Positions 1-16,430 of a stretch of DNA of 64,000 nucleotides are shown piece after piece. A program made the position numbers and the translations under genes. The notes under the pieces were generated by a model, which was not told the origin of the DNA, searched no databases, and saw only the letters and a program-made list of their open reading frames with translations. Positions within the stretch are counted from its first letter, which is position 1. Each line of letters starts with the position of its first letter. Source of the DNA: Balanoglossus misakiensis (Eukaryota > Animalia > Hemichordata); NCBI GenBank assembly GCA_040954595.2, contig CM082588.2:5654202-5718201 (forward strand), given 5' to 3'.

Positions 1-598
1 AGACTTCAGTGCACAAACCGCTTGTTTGGCATCATTTCAACTTCACTGGTACTCTCACAGTCCCTGTCCTACAAGAAATGGCCACCTGTTGCATACATCG
101 GCGCAAGGTCTGACCACGTGAGCAGCCTAGCTCTGGCATCCGTTGGTTCGGTCATTCACCTATTTTAGTGCGTAAATATTTAGACATATACTTGTTGCCC
201 TATGGATTAAGATAATACATGGCCACATCCATTTTCAGAGTGGCGGGGGAAACTTACTTAAAAAAGAAACTACCTATCTATATTTTAAAATCAGGCCAAT
301 GACTGGTGGGACCGTGGCTATAGACATGCACAGAAGCGTATCCAATGATCAACTACAGAAAAATATTTTGAATAAAATTTAATTTTGTTACGTAATATTG
401 AGTGTAGACAACACCCCGATGATATCGATCGCATTGTTCGTTTGCCCTGTGTTACAAATCTCTAGTGTACATAAAATAGTAAAATCTAGTTAGTGATTTC
501 AGGGGAGCTTCATAGTAAATTGAACACTATAAGAGAGTGTGTGTGCGCCAATATATTGCAAGAAACCGTGTACTTGGAGTGCTACAGAGGCCATCAGC

Positions 599-2144
599 AT
601 GAAGACGATAATTTGTGTAGGTTTGATTTTGTGTGCGGTTTGGACCAACGGTCTCTCGGTAAGTTTCTCTTTGTAGGGTTTATCGCTCAAGAAGCTCATT
701 CACGGAAAGGACGTTGAATTTTTGGCCCCTTGATTTTTGGTCAGTCCAAGTAGAGTCCGCGGTGCCTTGATCCTGGTCTCCAGTTCTTCAGTGGATAATT
801 TCTGCGTGCACAAATAATTCCAGAGCAAAGACATTTTTGTCGGATGTCAAATCTCATTCCGTTTTCTATGTATCTAGAAATTATTATCCTAAAAGTTCGA
901 TGCACGGGGTGGGGGGGGGGGGGGGGGGCTTGATGGCCACGCATGATACAAGACACAGTATGCAGTGATTTGCATTTTGGATAGTTACCGTAGCCCCTGT
1001 ATATCCCGAGACCATCTTTAGCGTTCTCTGCAATGGTAAGGCATTTTGGTCTCACTACATGCTTTGATATATGGTCTGTGTTTTCACAATACAAGTTTAC
1101 TTTTTTTTTACAGATAAGACAAACTGACATCGATGAAATCCAGGTACCCGAAGTGCGAGAAAGTAAGGATAGGACACCACACATTGAGACTATTATTTAC
1201 TATGCTTGAAAATTGGAGATTTCTCTCTGAGAAATCGATTATTAAAACCTTAAAATGCCACAAAATGCGATTCTCACATTTCTGCTCGACAACTGCGTGA
1301 CATTTTGTTACAAATACATACTTTTCAATTGTTGCCACTGTCGTTTGCCTTCCTAGGAAAGAGCGTCAGGCGAGGGGTTTCTTTCGAGACCGACGAAATC
1401 GAGAAGGTGGATGTTGTCAACTTTGTGGAGTTCATCAACTCCGCCCCGAAGATGCTCATCTTCTACTACACCCCGTGGTGCAAGGAATGCCGGGATCTGT
1501 GGACAAACTACCTGGAGGTGAACGACGAACTGATTGTGGCCGGGAACGACACGGTCAGCTTTGGTCGCATGAACTGCAACTCGTGGAGAAATAGATGTAA
1601 GTTAGTGACTGTGGGTGAATTTGGTTCGAGACACAGTCGTCTGCTCTTCAAATATGTGCCCACTCACACAATTCTTGTTGCCATAATTCACAAACTTAGA
1701 CAAATTAATTACAATGTGCTTGTGTGGCAAAATTTTGGTTAATACCAGAAATACATTTCTATGGAAATATCCACATGTTCTGAACTTATGCCGAGATACA
1801 CTTGACTGTTACAACTGGTGATTCATAATATTACAGATTGTGCGAAAAAAATACAACTGAAACATAAAACAGCCAATTTGAAAGTAAAATGTCGAATGAG
1901 AGACCGACCGACAGACAGCCAGTCAGGCAGACAGACAGATGATAGTCCAGCTATTGCAGCGTTCCCCCCTGATTATCCTCTCACAAACACCATCGATTTT
2001 ATTTTTTCAGGGACTTGCGTAGAACAGGGAGCTTTGTACAGATATCCCATAATTTACATGTACGACGAGGGCCATGATATCGGCGAGGACGTCACTGAAC
2101 AATTCAACGATGTGGAGACTGCAGTAGAATTTCTGATCTCTTAG
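599..2144 (+). CDS. Secreted/ER single-domain thioredoxin-fold (PDI-like) protein with CxxC (WCKEC), ~160 aa, 4 exons
   Basis: Exons 599-658, 1114-1162, 1357-1596 and 2011-2144 join in frame through GT-AG introns (phases 0,1,1). The protein has a signal-peptide-like N-terminus MKTIICVGLILCAVWTNGLS, then a basic RKSVRR. The Trx fold follows: LIFYYTPWCKECRDLW...VSFGRMNC...C...YRYPIIYMY, with cis-Pro-like YP. AATAAA at ~2220. Confidence 0.8.
906..928 (+). repeat. Poly-G run in intron 1 of the Trx-like gene
   Basis: GGGGT followed by an uninterrupted G run of ~18. Confidence 0.8.
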
Positions 2145-2659
2145 AGGTGATACCACGAAATGAGATAGAACATAGGCCTCACGAAAACTTTTGATCTGAT
2201 CTGTAATGTTGTCATATGAAATAAATAAACTCGCCTCGTTTAACTTGTTTTGGGGTTTTCAATATCGTTTGCATTCAGTACTAGTATCTCCTCCCACACA
2301 AAATCCCGTGCTATAGCACGCCTTCTATATTGACTGACTGCACACACAAAACGACACTTCTCCAGTTTTCCGCATCGTGACAAATATTTTCGCGCTATTC
2401 TTAGCTGCGCGGTCTTAAGGTTTGGGACACGTCATTATTTTCCCCGTTTTAATACTAGTATAAATAAAATGATATCAATAACTTCGTGCAAATCTGTACT
2501 GTGTAAATATTAGTAAGCTTTTATGAGAGCGTCGATGTGGTATGGTACAACTGATGCAATAGATTGAAACTTCCGCGTTGGGTCCGCGCATGCGTATTGC
2601 ATGCTATATGGAACATGACGTTACCTTTCGGAATAACCTTTGTATGTCTTGCAATAAAA

Positions 2660-2762
2660 TGACGTGTAGCTGTCTGAAAATCCCCATTCTCTGGATCTAA
2701 ATAAAGGTAGCCAATCAAAAGCCCTCGATAAGCAAGTTTTCAACCAATCCGATAGGTACACG
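2660..2762 (+). promoter_or_regulatory. Putative ER-stress promoter elements of the BiP-like gene (UPRE-like and ERSE-like)
   Basis: TGACGTGT at 2660-2667; CCAAT at 2711; CCAAT-N9-ACACG at 2744-2762, one mismatch to the ERSE consensus CCAAT-N9-CCACG. A probable 5'UTR intron follows (AG|GTAAGC at 2943 to ccccag at 3191). Confidence 0.5.
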
Positions 2763-3197
2763 AGAGAACACAACGGATAAAAACAAAAACACATACAGGT
2801 TTGATCCAACAGATCGAGGGACGGAATTGGAAGGATTTCTACTAAAAACACCTGTTTTAACTTCAGGAACTATTGCCCAGTGACCGAGGACACTTATCCA
2901 GCTTCCGCATACTAGTATTGTTTTTCTATTTCCCATTAACAGGTAAGCGACGAAGTACTCAACAAAATTTATCACGCTATAGCTGTGTTCAAATACGGGA
3001 TCAGGCCTACGGGAAATATGAGCCAGCTTTGAAAAAGTTAAGAATTTCGGGATTGAGTTTATCAATGCAAATACCCGACAGTGGTATTTCCCCCCGAATG
3101 TTGTACACGGACATGACCATTGTTGTAAGCCTAACTGGAAAAATACCACCGTGACCGAGCAACTAACAGTATCTGTACCGTTTTCCCCCAGTTAATA

Positions 3198-7049
<3,852 letters not shown>

Positions 7050-7710
7050 GGAAAATTCTTGAAGTATTTGACGAGAAATGTGGATGCTATTGGTAATTGT
7101 CGTGCTGTACGTTGACGGAAGTATATTAGCAGAGAAATCGAGAGATGTAACGACCATTTACAGTAAACTGACACCATGGCTCAAAATTATTGGTCAGTTC
7201 GAATCCGGATATTTTTCTCGAAGAGACAAATCAAAGAGACAAAATTGCCGTCTTTTGACATTATTTTGGTTACTTTAGTATATTCTGGGCTGTGACGGGT
7301 TTCACGGTCTCTAGCATTTTATCATTATCGTCTTATATTTTGTATTTTTAATATGTGGATTAAATATTGTTTGACAGAGAAACCTTAGCAGCACAATTTG
7401 TACGTTATATTTACATATATCATGGCTGTCGACCATATCAATCCATGCGCGTCAGATGGCGTTCCTCAGCAAACAATTTACACTGCTGTATTAGGGCAAA
7501 GCACACATTAGCAGGAATTCACGCACATTCTACTACATGTATTTATAAACGCTGGTGTAACATAAAAGATGATGCAAAGCAAATCAGACATACACGTTTA
7601 TATATTATATTTTATTTGACCACTGACTTCTTCCGAAAGACCACTGATCGGCCACATCGCATCAACCAGCGCAGAGCAACGGCCGAGGGTATTGCCCAGA
7701 AACACCGCCT

Positions 7711-9064
7711 CTAGGGAAGTCCGTCAATAAATCTCAGGAACTCTTCTGCCCGTTTGGCTTTGACCACTTTGCCGTCGGCCAGGGGGCCCGCGGCACTAGG
7801 CGAACGTTTTCGGTAGAGGTATACGGCGGGCAGATCCGCATCTCTCTTCGCTGAACAAATTCCTGTGAAGCGAAGCGAAACGGAATGATTGATAGTATCT
7901 AGCTCATGTACCACCGTTTCCCTCTTTTTGGGTCCAACTTTACCATAGAACAGTTGGACCATACTATGACGGTGAACGGTTAAACTATAAGACTTCTACT
8001 TCGTCTGGAAAATAATACATGGCTAATGGTAATTTGTCATACACAAACACACCAAATTTCGGCAGTACAATGATTCGTCTAGTTACCTCTTTTGCTTTCA
8101 CCATCACAGTCCACCTTTGCGAACGCCACATCCCTTCGCACATTGGTATTGGCGGCAGCTTCGTACTCGGACCAGAGACCAAAGGGTGGGCGTGCACTCC
8201 GCCGGTTGTGGAACAACACCATCGTGTACTCCTTGTCGAGGATTTGCCCCACATTAGATTCCCTTGGGTCCATACGACTGTTCTGGGGCTCTACATGTAC
8301 ATCCCGTTTAGATCTCTCTGAAACATTGAAGAAGATTATAGTTTTAACGCCAGTTGTCATTTCTGATACCGCGTCGGCTGAGTAGGAGGAACACCGTCTG
8401 GCCAGCTTTCCCAAAAACATGTGTGAGTGGTACGGCGTGAATTGAAAATTGAGAGAGGACAGGAATACAAAATAATACGTACTTTCGAGTCCCTTTTTTC
8501 CTTTTCCTTTATTGTATGTCCAGGACTGCTTTCGAATTAAACGAAAAAAAAAAAAAAAAAAAATGAAAAATAAACGGTAAATTCATGACGGCAAAGCCGA
8601 GTGAAATAAAAGTGAAGTAAAAAACCCAACAATAAATCGATATACATAGAAAGTGGTTTTTGCCCGTCGTTCAACATTGACCATTCCATGCAAGTTGCAC
8701 AAGATGAACCATTACTAGTATTTGATGGGTACTACACTTATGCTGCACGTAAATTGTCTGTGGTGACTTGGTGTATAAACTGACAAATCTCAATGCAGAT
8801 ATTACAAATTCGGGATCCCACCCTTCGCGATTGGGCTGTCTATTAACAGGATGCACGGCGACAAACCGAACATAGCTAACATGGGATCAATCTACACCCA
8901 CGAAACCCATCTGTTTCATGTACCAAGTTGGGTCTAATCTTCCCCTATAAATTCAAGCGAGAAAAATGTAGTCAACATACCATCCAGGGATAATATATAA
9001 CCCCGGCCTCACATGTACAAAACACGGCCACAAACAATAAACCTAGCAGCATCAATATCTTCAT
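7711..9064 (-). CDS. Secreted thioredoxin-fold protein lacking CxxC (redox-inactive paralog of the 599-2144 gene), ~169 aa, 4 exons
   Basis: Minus-strand exons 9064-8981, 8525-8483, 8317-8087 and 7862-7711 join in frame (phases 0,1,1). The protein has a signal peptide MKILMLLGLLFVAVFCTCEA and a KRSKR site. The Trx-like core is TMVLFHN...LWSEYEAAA...VAFAKVDC...IC...DLPAVYLY. Confidence 0.75.
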
Positions 9065-9633
9065 TGTTGGCGTTGATATATGTATTGACTGGCAAGGTTT
9101 CCGATGTTCACAGTCTCCACGCACGTAGCTTTTCTGTCGCTCGTCAACCAAACACCGCTATTTAACACACTCTAGAATACATGCAATATTAATTTCCGGA
9201 CATTGAACACAATTACTGTATCAGTAAACTAATCAGTATAATAATCATCCCATCTTCGAAAGATTAAAATATTACATTCGTGTACCAACTGATAAAAAAT
9301 CTAAAGTTTGTTTTGTTGAAACTAGGTCAAAATAATTGCGATGTAAACTTCGCAACGACACTCATATATTTACGTGATTTAACAATCGACAAAGTCCTTG
9401 TCTAAACTGTTGTAAACATCATCATGTCTGCGTTGTTTGAAAGTGCCATTAATACGATATCTTTCCCCAATTTCCTTTTCTATATTTCCTTATGCTCTAA
9501 AAGTGTCATTATCTTTTAAATGGTTCATTTTTTTAATTAGTTTAAATTGCGCATTTTGTAAATAATACCGCAAAGAAACCATTTATCACTGATGCTCATA
9601 TTAAAATCTGGAGTAGAGTATGATTTATTGCTC

Positions 9634-9643
9634 ATGACGTGGC
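9634..9643 (+). promoter_or_regulatory. UPRE/XBP1-type site (ATGACGTGGC) in the divergent promoter between the Trx-like gene and WDCP
   Basis: Exact TGACGTGG core at 9635-9642, in the ~1.1 kb head-to-head interval between the ATGs at 9064 (-) and 10169 (+). Confidence 0.35.
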
Positions 9644-10168
9644 ATTTGTTGTGTTCCTCTCTCTCTCTAAGAGCTCAGAGTGGTTGACAACGCGCAACGG
9701 GGGTTGACATCGGTTCGGGGAAAGTTGAGTCGATGATGGTTGAGGTGAAGGGTGGCAAGTGTTATTACTAAATATCCTGAGTTGCGATTTATGACAGATC
9801 CTTCTAGTTAACCCAACCTATATGTATATAGTCAGCATTGTCATTGTGCAAAAACTCGTCCCTATGTGTTATTTTTGTGAAGAGGTCTAAGAGTAATCCT
9901 AACACGCCACATCTACGTGAATTCAGTAATGACTGGATAAACGTCCTGTTACAGTGTTACCGTTTCAGCCGCGCGGGGGCGTACTATACACTGAAACAAG
10001 GTCACACCCGAGGTCAAAGTTGACGACCTCAAATGACGTACCGCATCATGTATATGAGCAATGTTTCGGGGAAACACCACCAATTTGGTGGATGAAGGAA
10101 CGTACTAGAGGCGGATCGAACAGATCACACGTATCCATCTGACGACTCAGTCACATAATCGCGAAGTC

Positions 10169-13100
10169 ATGGAACTAGGACGTGGAAAGCTCCCGAGAAC
10201 TAAGGTAGATGCGCTGTTTCAAGGTACGTAAACAATGTACTCATCATGCTCATTCATTGCTATGTGTAAACAATGATTGTCATTTGCAAGGTGAAAGTGT
10301 TATGTACTGATATTATGCAATCTCGGGTCCGTTAGCTGTGTAAACTGTCATAAGGTGACTGCAATTGCACCGCCTCGACCTACATCGCTACATTTTTAAA
10401 GTAAATACATGTACATGCATAGTAAATATCAACAACAATATCAACAACATCACCATTCAGATACACTAACGTACGCTCGCTCATGATCATTGTCCGTTGC
10501 CAGACAGGATGTGTGTTTGAGAAATTGATACAGCAGTCCGGATACTCAGCTTTCAAATTCATATCCCAATCAATCATATTGGATGAATCACATGCAAGGA
10601 AATCCTCGACATGATGACAGTTTATTGTTTTCTCTGGAAAAGATGATAGACGTCCAATGAATCCATGATGGTTGATACTTTGATCATAATCATACTTCCA
10701 TTGATTCCTGGAAGGAATTATTGAAATTGTTTAATTTAATATTCTTTCAGCAATACATCCTGTCTATGGTCTTGCATGGACAGATGGCAAGGCTGTCTAT
10801 CTGACCAACCTCAGTTATTTCAGTGGGACTATCTTTGGTGATGAAACTGTGAAATTGATTGATTTGAAAAGGTATGGATATAAGATCTTCCTGTTTTAAT
10901 ACACTGACATTTGTTCACTTTCACCTGAGAGTGGAATTCCCCGGTTATTATTAGCACTCACTCAGCATTTTATTAACATTTTATGTTTTAACATAACATT
11001 AACTCAGCTGTAGGTATTCAAATGCGACATTCAAATTGCAATGTATGGGGTAATCCCCGCTTGAGTTGTGGTACCCTATTCAGTGTAGACAGAATTGAAT
11101 GTGTTGTGGCCATTCTAAAAAAGGTAACTTTCTAATTTTGTCCTTGACAGATTCCATATTTAGCACTGAGTGATAGTGTATTGTGATTTTCATGATGACG
11201 TCACCAGCTGCAAATGTCAGAGGACAGAACATTATTTTTTACCCAGAAATTAGACCAGCTGGATGAAGCGAATGTTTTTTACAAAGTCTGTGCATCAACC
11301 CTGATTTACCCAGCATTATATTGTTTACTTAGTGGTTGGTAATGTGGGGCTAAATGAAACAGGCTGGCCCCAGCTCATGGCACACATTGTCAACTGAACT
11401 GCCCAGATACAGTTACAGGGGTCACAAAAGTCAACACAACATTCATCATCAACCCCATTACACTGTCATGCTTGGCGAAGCCCGTTTTTCCCCACACAGA
11501 TTAACATTCTATATGATTAAGTGTACTTGCCCCATTTACAGAAAATAAAATGTTGTGTTTTCTTTTTTTTTCAAATGACAGTGAGGTGATTGGAGCATGT
11601 TGGAGTAAACAAGAAAGTTCTGCTTATCTGGCTGTGCAATGTGCTACGAAGACATCAATATGGAGTGTGTCAGGAAGGTAATAAAAATGTTGATATGGTA
11701 TGGGATAATATGATATGTAATTTGATATGGTCTGATATGATATTGATAATCTGATATAATAATTCATATAGATTAATAGAATATATATGACATGATATGA
11801 TAGGATAGGATGTGAACATTTGAAAATAAATACAGACTAACAGTTGTATATGCAGCAAGGTTTAGACTGATGGATGTTGATTGTGTGTTTGTTTTCATCA
11901 CAGTGTTCAAGATGTCCAGCTAAAGTTGGTTGCTGATTTCGATATCAAAGCCCTGATGAAAGGCAAGTGTTGCATATATCATTATGAATTACAATGAGAA
12001 GACATTGTGAAGTGATAGGCACCATTGAGTCTGCTACATTTTCTCACAGGAACATCTCGCCAGATTTTCCAGTCTTTGTTTTTAACATCATCTTCCTTTC
12101 CACACAGGAGTGTTCTGGCACCCGTATTTGCCAATAGTGTGCATTCTTACAAAATCATCATTGGAGATTGTCAGGGTTGAACCACTGTTATGGGAGACTG
12201 TCCAGAGCAGCAGTGAAGCCACTGCGTGTGCGTGGTCTCAAGACGCTAAGAAGTTACTGATATCAAAAGGAACATCACTGTTGGTACGTCAGTTTCATTT
12301 TACGACAGAAATAAGCTGATTTGCTCAAACTGTGTCTGCATATCCTTCAATTAATTTGCTGCAGAGTAAATTCCATTATTTATTCTTAATTCACTGTGAA
12401 AGCAGATCTAATCATCGCACACCCTGTTTCTTGCAGAGCATTGAATTCAATGATGGTGAGGAGTCATTTACAACGAAACTAAAGCCAATGTGGCAGATTC
12501 CTGGGTAGGTTTGCTACATTGTCACATTGTCCCAATGTGTTGCCAAACCATAAACTTAAAATAGAACAGGGTTTGGCCAAATTTCCAAGTATGTTGTCTC
12601 AAGACCGACCCAATGTATTTTCTTTGTTTGTTCGTAAGACTTGATGGTCGAGTGAGCAGTATGGTTGCCATGGACAACAATCGTTTACTGGTCACTGCCA
12701 GCTTGCCGCTGGACCGGTTGCTAACGCAATCGCAGGAGGACATGTTTGAAGTGCCCGGTAGCCTCCAAACCTCGCTGAACTCTGGAGAAGACGTTGAATG
12801 TAAGAAAGCGAAAGTAGACTCCTGTGACATTGATGTAAGTGGCAACGGTCCCATAGATTTAACTGCACTTGTTGCGGCGAAAAGACAGGGCGGAGTTACG
12901 CAGACAGAGGACAGTGTGAAGACACGAGAGAAAGTTGAGGAGATAGTGGACATTGTGCATGTCAAAAGGAACGCGGGCAGGGGAAGTTCACTGCTAAAGT
13001 TTCAAAGAAAAGATACAGTAAGTCAATCAATCAGCAGACCAGAGAACTAAACTGTACATTTCATCTGCTTAATCAAAATCTGATCTGTTTACATCTTCAT

Positions 13101-15181
13101 CGTCAATCTAGAATCACCCAGAAACAGGTCTCAGGCCTTAGTAATTTATTTAGGCTGTGAGTCAGTTTCTACCGGTAGATCATATGTTCAGACTGACTGT
13201 GAAAATTTCAGGGGGCTCGTCATATTTTTGTATAGGTCTATTTCCTTTTTTTCTGGCTCCTCAAGATAACTCGTACCCTCACCCTAACCCCCCTCCCACA
13301 CACAGTGTTATCCACATTGACATGTCAAAACAACAATTTCATTTATATGTCCACAGGAGCTGCAAGATACATCTGTATTACTGATGATATCAACAACAGG
13401 CCTGACCCCTGCTGTGGTGTCCCGTATCAACGTACCTGGAATCCTGGACCCAGATTTGATCAGTTATCAGGTAATTTCAAATTTTGCTTTTATAGTTTGC
13501 GATATTATAGTGAGCGTTAATACATAAATAGACATTGATTTGAAACATATCATATATTTTGGCAGGATTAAATGATTAAAGCTGTTTTGTTTCAGAGAAT
13601 GAATCAAACCATCGCTGTGAGTAGCAATGCCCAAAGCAAGATACAAATATTCAGAGTGCAACAGGAGGAAATCAAGAAAGTGGAAGATCTTGTGAGTATT
13701 GTATTGCCTTCCTTCAAGTGAAATATGTCTGGAAAAGACTTGGTCTGTTTCCATAGAACACTGGAGCAATCTGGGTGTGACTATTCTCAGTGGTGAAGGC
13801 CAGTTCAGGAATACTCTAATCATGCTAGCTGATGGCTACACCATATCCCATTGTAAACTTTTTGCCTGTTGCATATTCCAGGACCTAGGCAGGGACAGTC
13901 GCCCCAAGGGATTCAGCAGCACCATGGATGGTAAAGATCTGCTCATCTTGGTTGGCAAGCTGGTCAACAGCAACACCGCATTCCCGCCAAGTGGTCAGCT
14001 GACAGAGTACGAGCTGTGCCTGCGTTATCACACAGTGGCCATAGGTAAGTACATTATACGTGTATCGCTATGTTATGCCCAGAGCACTGTGAAATGTCTG
14101 CAAAGTCTTGCAAGATCTCACATATTGCCAGTCTTGTTGAACAGTTCTTTGCGAAAAAATACATCTGATTTTCTTTCAACCTAAGCTGTTGCCATATTTG
14201 CATTGCTTCCTGGTTAGTTGACGTGGTTTGTATTTTTTATCCGTTTGCGTATGCTCAGCTCCTCCGGAAGTCATCCCAAGGAAGGAACCCTGTCCGCAGT
14301 GTACGCTGAAACTTCCCGATGGTGGTGTCCTGGAGAGGCCGTGCGATCATCTGGATGACGAAGATGAGGTTGACCAGGGGCCGGGCGCCGGCTTGACCAC
14401 TGCAAATTATCCTACCATCTACAATGCAGGTAAAACGCAAACTCAGTCATGACATGGACATTGTGCCAATCCAAGCTGGCAATAAGCTGTGCCAATCAGA
14501 TTTTCTATGAATCCCACACTGTTTAACTGCAGGCATTGTTATTATTGAAATCAGGGCGAAGTGCGTAACTTGTCCATCATGATTGCTTATGGGGTGGACA
14601 GGTGTAGATAACAAATCTTGGAGTCATATTATGCGTTAACTGAGGATTCCTTTTTTTCAGGTTTAGTGCATTTCCTGCACTACAAAAATGGTAATGCTCT
14701 GAAAAAGACCCTTGTCCTAGTTGATGGACTGATTAAATTAGAGACAATCAAAGAAGCATTTCATCTGTCCTCTGTGGAGATAGTGTACGGTAAGTCCACA
14801 TGTTTCTTTCATAACTTGAATTCACAAAGAGAATAGAAACTCAAGATGTTGTTTCATTCAGTTTACATTGATCTGACCAGCAAGTGATTTTCACTTGTTT
14901 CAATGTCACCCTTAAACACTTGTGAGAATTTCACATTTTAAAAGAGATATACGGTACTCTCTGACATTAACATCCTAATGCAAACCTTTGTTACAACAGC
15001 AAGTTGTCTGTTCTCATCCAAATATATATTTCCTCCGTCATGATTTCCGGTAAATTTCTTTCCAGGAAACTCGGTAATCGTGTTGTCGTCAGACAAAGAT
15101 GGATATGTACCACTGACCTTTGAACCCAACAAGACATGGACAGTCACTGGCAGGAGGGCACCAAAGCAGAATGTAGAATGA
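10169..15181 (+). CDS. WDCP: WD repeat and coiled-coil containing protein (C2orf44) ortholog, multi-exon
   Basis: The N-terminus MELGRGKLPRTKVDALFQ|AIHPVYGLAWTDGKAVYLT resembles the WDCP start as I recall it ([31 protein letters not shown]). It also has GVFWHP, GILDPDLI and C-terminal VIVLSSDKDGYVPLTFEP. Exons include 10169-10223, 10751-10871, 11582-11677, 11904-11962, 12108-12283, ~12640-13017, ~13882-14044, ~14661-14788 and 15067-15181. Some internal boundaries are approximate. Confidence 0.85.
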
Positions 15182-16430
15182 AGCGAGGCATGCTGACCTG
15201 ACCTGACCTCTGGTAAAGACATACTCCCTTGACCTTTGCTGATTGAAGTCATTAAATGCATTCTTCACTTGGAAACAACCTCGCAGTTCACTAGTTCAGC
15301 GAACATTTTTCAAACTATCAAATAAATCACACTGCTAGTCATTGATTGCACTTGATTCTCAAATTCTTGAATTTGTTGCTTTGGTAATTATGTGCTTGTA
15401 ATTCCTGTGATATTTGTATTCCTGTAATTAGGTAAATATACCTCAAAACATTCAAACATTATATGCATGAATTTAAACAAATTAATTTTAGAATGACGAA
15501 AAGTGTTTAAGATCTAGTACTGCAGGAATTTGTCTTCAGGAAATTTTTCATTTCAGGTATGTTTATAAAGGCCACAAATGCACAATTATTTTTTGTATAG
15601 CCATTTCTTGTCCTAGTTTCACAGAATACCTTATTGAAAAGTACTTTTCTGTCTGTAATGTAAAAACTAGTAGTACTTTCCAGTAATTATGTATATGATA
15701 ATTTGGATATTGGCAAGTTTTTTGAAATTATCGAAAGCATTCCTCTATTGTGTGTAAGACCGGATATATATGCACCGAGTTTTGGAAAACAAAATATCCA
15801 CTGAAAAATGTATTTTTTATGCTATATTTATATTTTGTTCATTTGAAGTCATTTTCAAAACTGCAAATTTTGGGCAAAGACCTACAGCTTGTGTAATTGT
15901 TTGAAATATGTTATTTATCCGGTAAAAAAGTTCAGGAGTGTGCTAATTTTGATTTAAAAAAGTTCAGACTGTTTTTGTTTTGTTTTACAGTTTCAATAAA
16001 ATTTGTATTGGCTGTAGAACTCTCATGGCTATAGAATGATTAAGTTATGCCTTGAGCAAAATATGAGCAAAAGTTTTAAGACTCACGTTGGATGTGCGTA
16101 TGTATAATACCGTAAAAGAGCAGTTTGGAAGCATGGGTACTATTTATACAGGGCACTAAGAAATGGAAAACAACACAGCATATTCTCGTTAAGTCAAAAA
16201 TGTTTTAATCATGGTAAAATGCTCCATTATCAGCACCTAAGACCGCCCAGGAAAAACCAGGAAATATAACCCTGGAAACCTGAACCCGACACAATGTCAG
16301 ACGTGCCTAGGGGAGGATGTCGGGTGTCATCCAAGATAAACATTAATGGAACAAAGCCGCTAACTTGTAGCACAAGAAATAAAATCACCAGAAAATGAAT
16401 TGGAGGTATCTAGATGACGGCACCTTGGAG

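Noticed and set aside
8079-8420. ORF-track start MFLGKLARR... as the N-terminus of the minus-strand Trx-like protein
   Set aside because: The first ~34 codons are intronic. A good acceptor at 8318-8320 and in-phase upstream exons (8525-8483, 9064-8981) give a signal-peptide N-terminus that mirrors the paralog.
15565-16020. MITE-like AT-rich segment downstream of WDCP
   Set aside because: Only weak terminal complementarity and no clear TSD; it cannot be supported without a genome-wide copy search.
16109-16160. TACCGTAAAA... as the left TIR of a transposon enclosing the repeat block
   Set aside because: I could not find a matching inverted copy at the right side of the block (23500-25100).
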